From a virus (Duplodnaviria > Heunggongvirae > Uroviricota > Caudoviricetes), in IMG/VR virus record IMGVR_UViG_2579779076_000011: 45,626 nucleotides of DNA. The stretch is one strand, 5' to 3'. A program made the translations under genes and the position numbers. Positions 44,616 through 45,626 of this stretch are shown here, piece after piece. Under the pieces are notes generated by a model that was not told the origin of the DNA, did no database searches, and saw only the letters and a list, made by a program, of their open reading frames with translations. Within the stretch, counting starts at the first letter, position 1. The number at the start of each line of letters is the position of its first letter.

Positions 44616-45626
44616 ATGGCAATAATATCGGGTGTATACGCAAATGGGGTCGGCGAGCCCGTTGTCGGCGTTCAGTTAGTATTAACAGCACGGGTCACGA
44701 GTTCACGCGTAGTAATGACCACTGTTGTAGAGCAAGAAACAGGCGCGGCGGGTGAGTACAAATTTGATATGAATCCCGGAGTTTACGTTGTCACTGCTAG
44801 TGCGGCATATCTCGGCGTGATTAACGTTAACCCGGACAGTGTTGACGGCACGTTAAACGACTATTTGACTAATTTTAGCGCAGACGAACTGACGCCAGCT
44901 GCGTTGGCGGAGATTCAAGAGCTAGTATCGGCTGCGAAAAATGCTGCAGCAGCAGCAGACGCCAGCGCCAGTGCGGCGCACACATCTGAAACTAACAGCG
45001 CGAACAGCGCAGCAGCAGCAGCAGCGGCAGCCGCCAGTCTTGACTCGTCAAAATTCGCAAAACTCGATAAGGAAAATGAATTTCTGGAAAAAAACAAATT
45101 CAAAAAATTGGCGACATTTTTGTTGGGTGCCACGTTTGACTCACCGGCGACATTTAATAACAATATCCAGATAGGGAAAAATTCAGCAGGCAACACAAAT
45201 ACAGCATCATGCTATACTGACTTTGATTTATACTTCGGTCGTTCTGTCCGAATTTATTCCACTACAGTTGACGGGGTCAAAAAAAACGGTCAATTAGCAT
45301 TTTGGAGTCCCGGAGGAATATTTCCTGACGCATATATAGAACGCAAGGAAAATTCTTATTTGCAGATTTACGATCACAACGCCTCTAGCCTAAAAATTGA
45401 CTTTCCCTACGGTGCTGCAAATGGTCTGCAATACGTTGGGGCTGATAGGATTGCCCGATCAATATTTCATGATGGGCATCTCCCGCCCGCAGCAGCTGTA
45501 GTGAGTAAACTACCCACAGGAGCAGAACCTAAGACCGCGTTTTACTTCATCAGCGGAGACGAAAAACTTTATTTTGCATACGGAAATAAAAAATATTATA
45601 TACCCGTGATCATTGATGATGATTGA
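44616..45626 (+). CDS. side tail fibre protein (lambda Stf-like N-terminus) with short divergent AT-rich C-terminus
   Basis: N-terminal MAIISGVYANGVGEPV..GTLNDYL followed by an Ala/Ser-rich repeat (DASASAAHTSETNSANSAAAAAAAAAS) parallel to lambda Stf; only 336 aa; C-terminal third low-GC. Confidence 0.7.
   Translation: MAIISGVYANGVGEPVVGVQLVLTARVTSSRVVMTTVVEQETGAAGEYKFDMNPGVYVVTASAAYLGVINVNPDSVDGTLNDYLTNFSADELTPAALAEIQELVSAAKNAAAAADASASAAHTSETNSANSAAAAAAAAASLDSSKFAKLDKENEFLEKNKFKKLATFLLGATFDSPATFNNNIQIGKNSAGNTNTASCYTDFDLYFGRSVRIYSTTVDGVKKNGQLAFWSPGGIFPDAYIERKENSYLQIYDHNASSLKIDFPYGAANGLQYVGADRIARSIFHDGHLPPAAAVVSKLPTGAEPKTAFYFISGDEKLYFAYGNKKYYIPVIIDDD

Overview
This 45.6 kb window reads as an internal segment of a temperate enterobacterial prophage with a mosaic build; no integrase or attachment site is inside the window. 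All calls come from reading the six-frame translations and the DNA by eye, with family assignments recalled from memory; no database search or folding was run. Left to right: (1) a leftward early recombination module (798-3020 large ERF/Rad52-like protein, 232-801 Gp157-like, 50-232 small coupled ORF); (2) a ~1 kb GC-rich stretch (3372-4220) with no convincing gene but several copies of a recurring motif; (3) an immunity region with a CI-like repressor (4368-4781, minus) flanked by TTTGTAAT operator-like repeats and a divergent Cro-like gene; (4) replication genes, namely an O-like initiator split across two frames at a C5/G5 palindrome and a DnaB-family helicase, then small early ORFs and an ORF6N-type antirepressor; (5) a ~9.5 kb largely AT-rich cargo island (11.0-20.5 kb) carrying two lipoproteins, a GIY-YIG/HNH nuclease gene pair, and three orphan genes separated by a structured ~65 nt repeat; (6) nin-like genes, a Q-like antiterminator, a late promoter/terminator and a lysis cassette; (7) a lambda-like cos/terminase/head module (Nu1, A, W, B, C, D, E, FI, FII); (8) a P2-like contractile tail module (V, W, J, I, H, sheath, tube, E with a likely frameshift extension, T, U, X, D) containing a reverse-strand superinfection-immunity-like gene and ending with a short Stf-like side fibre. 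The most promising candidates for an undescribed system are the repeat-bounded orphan cassettes at 15.4-19.3 kb and the adjacent GIY-YIG/HNH pair.
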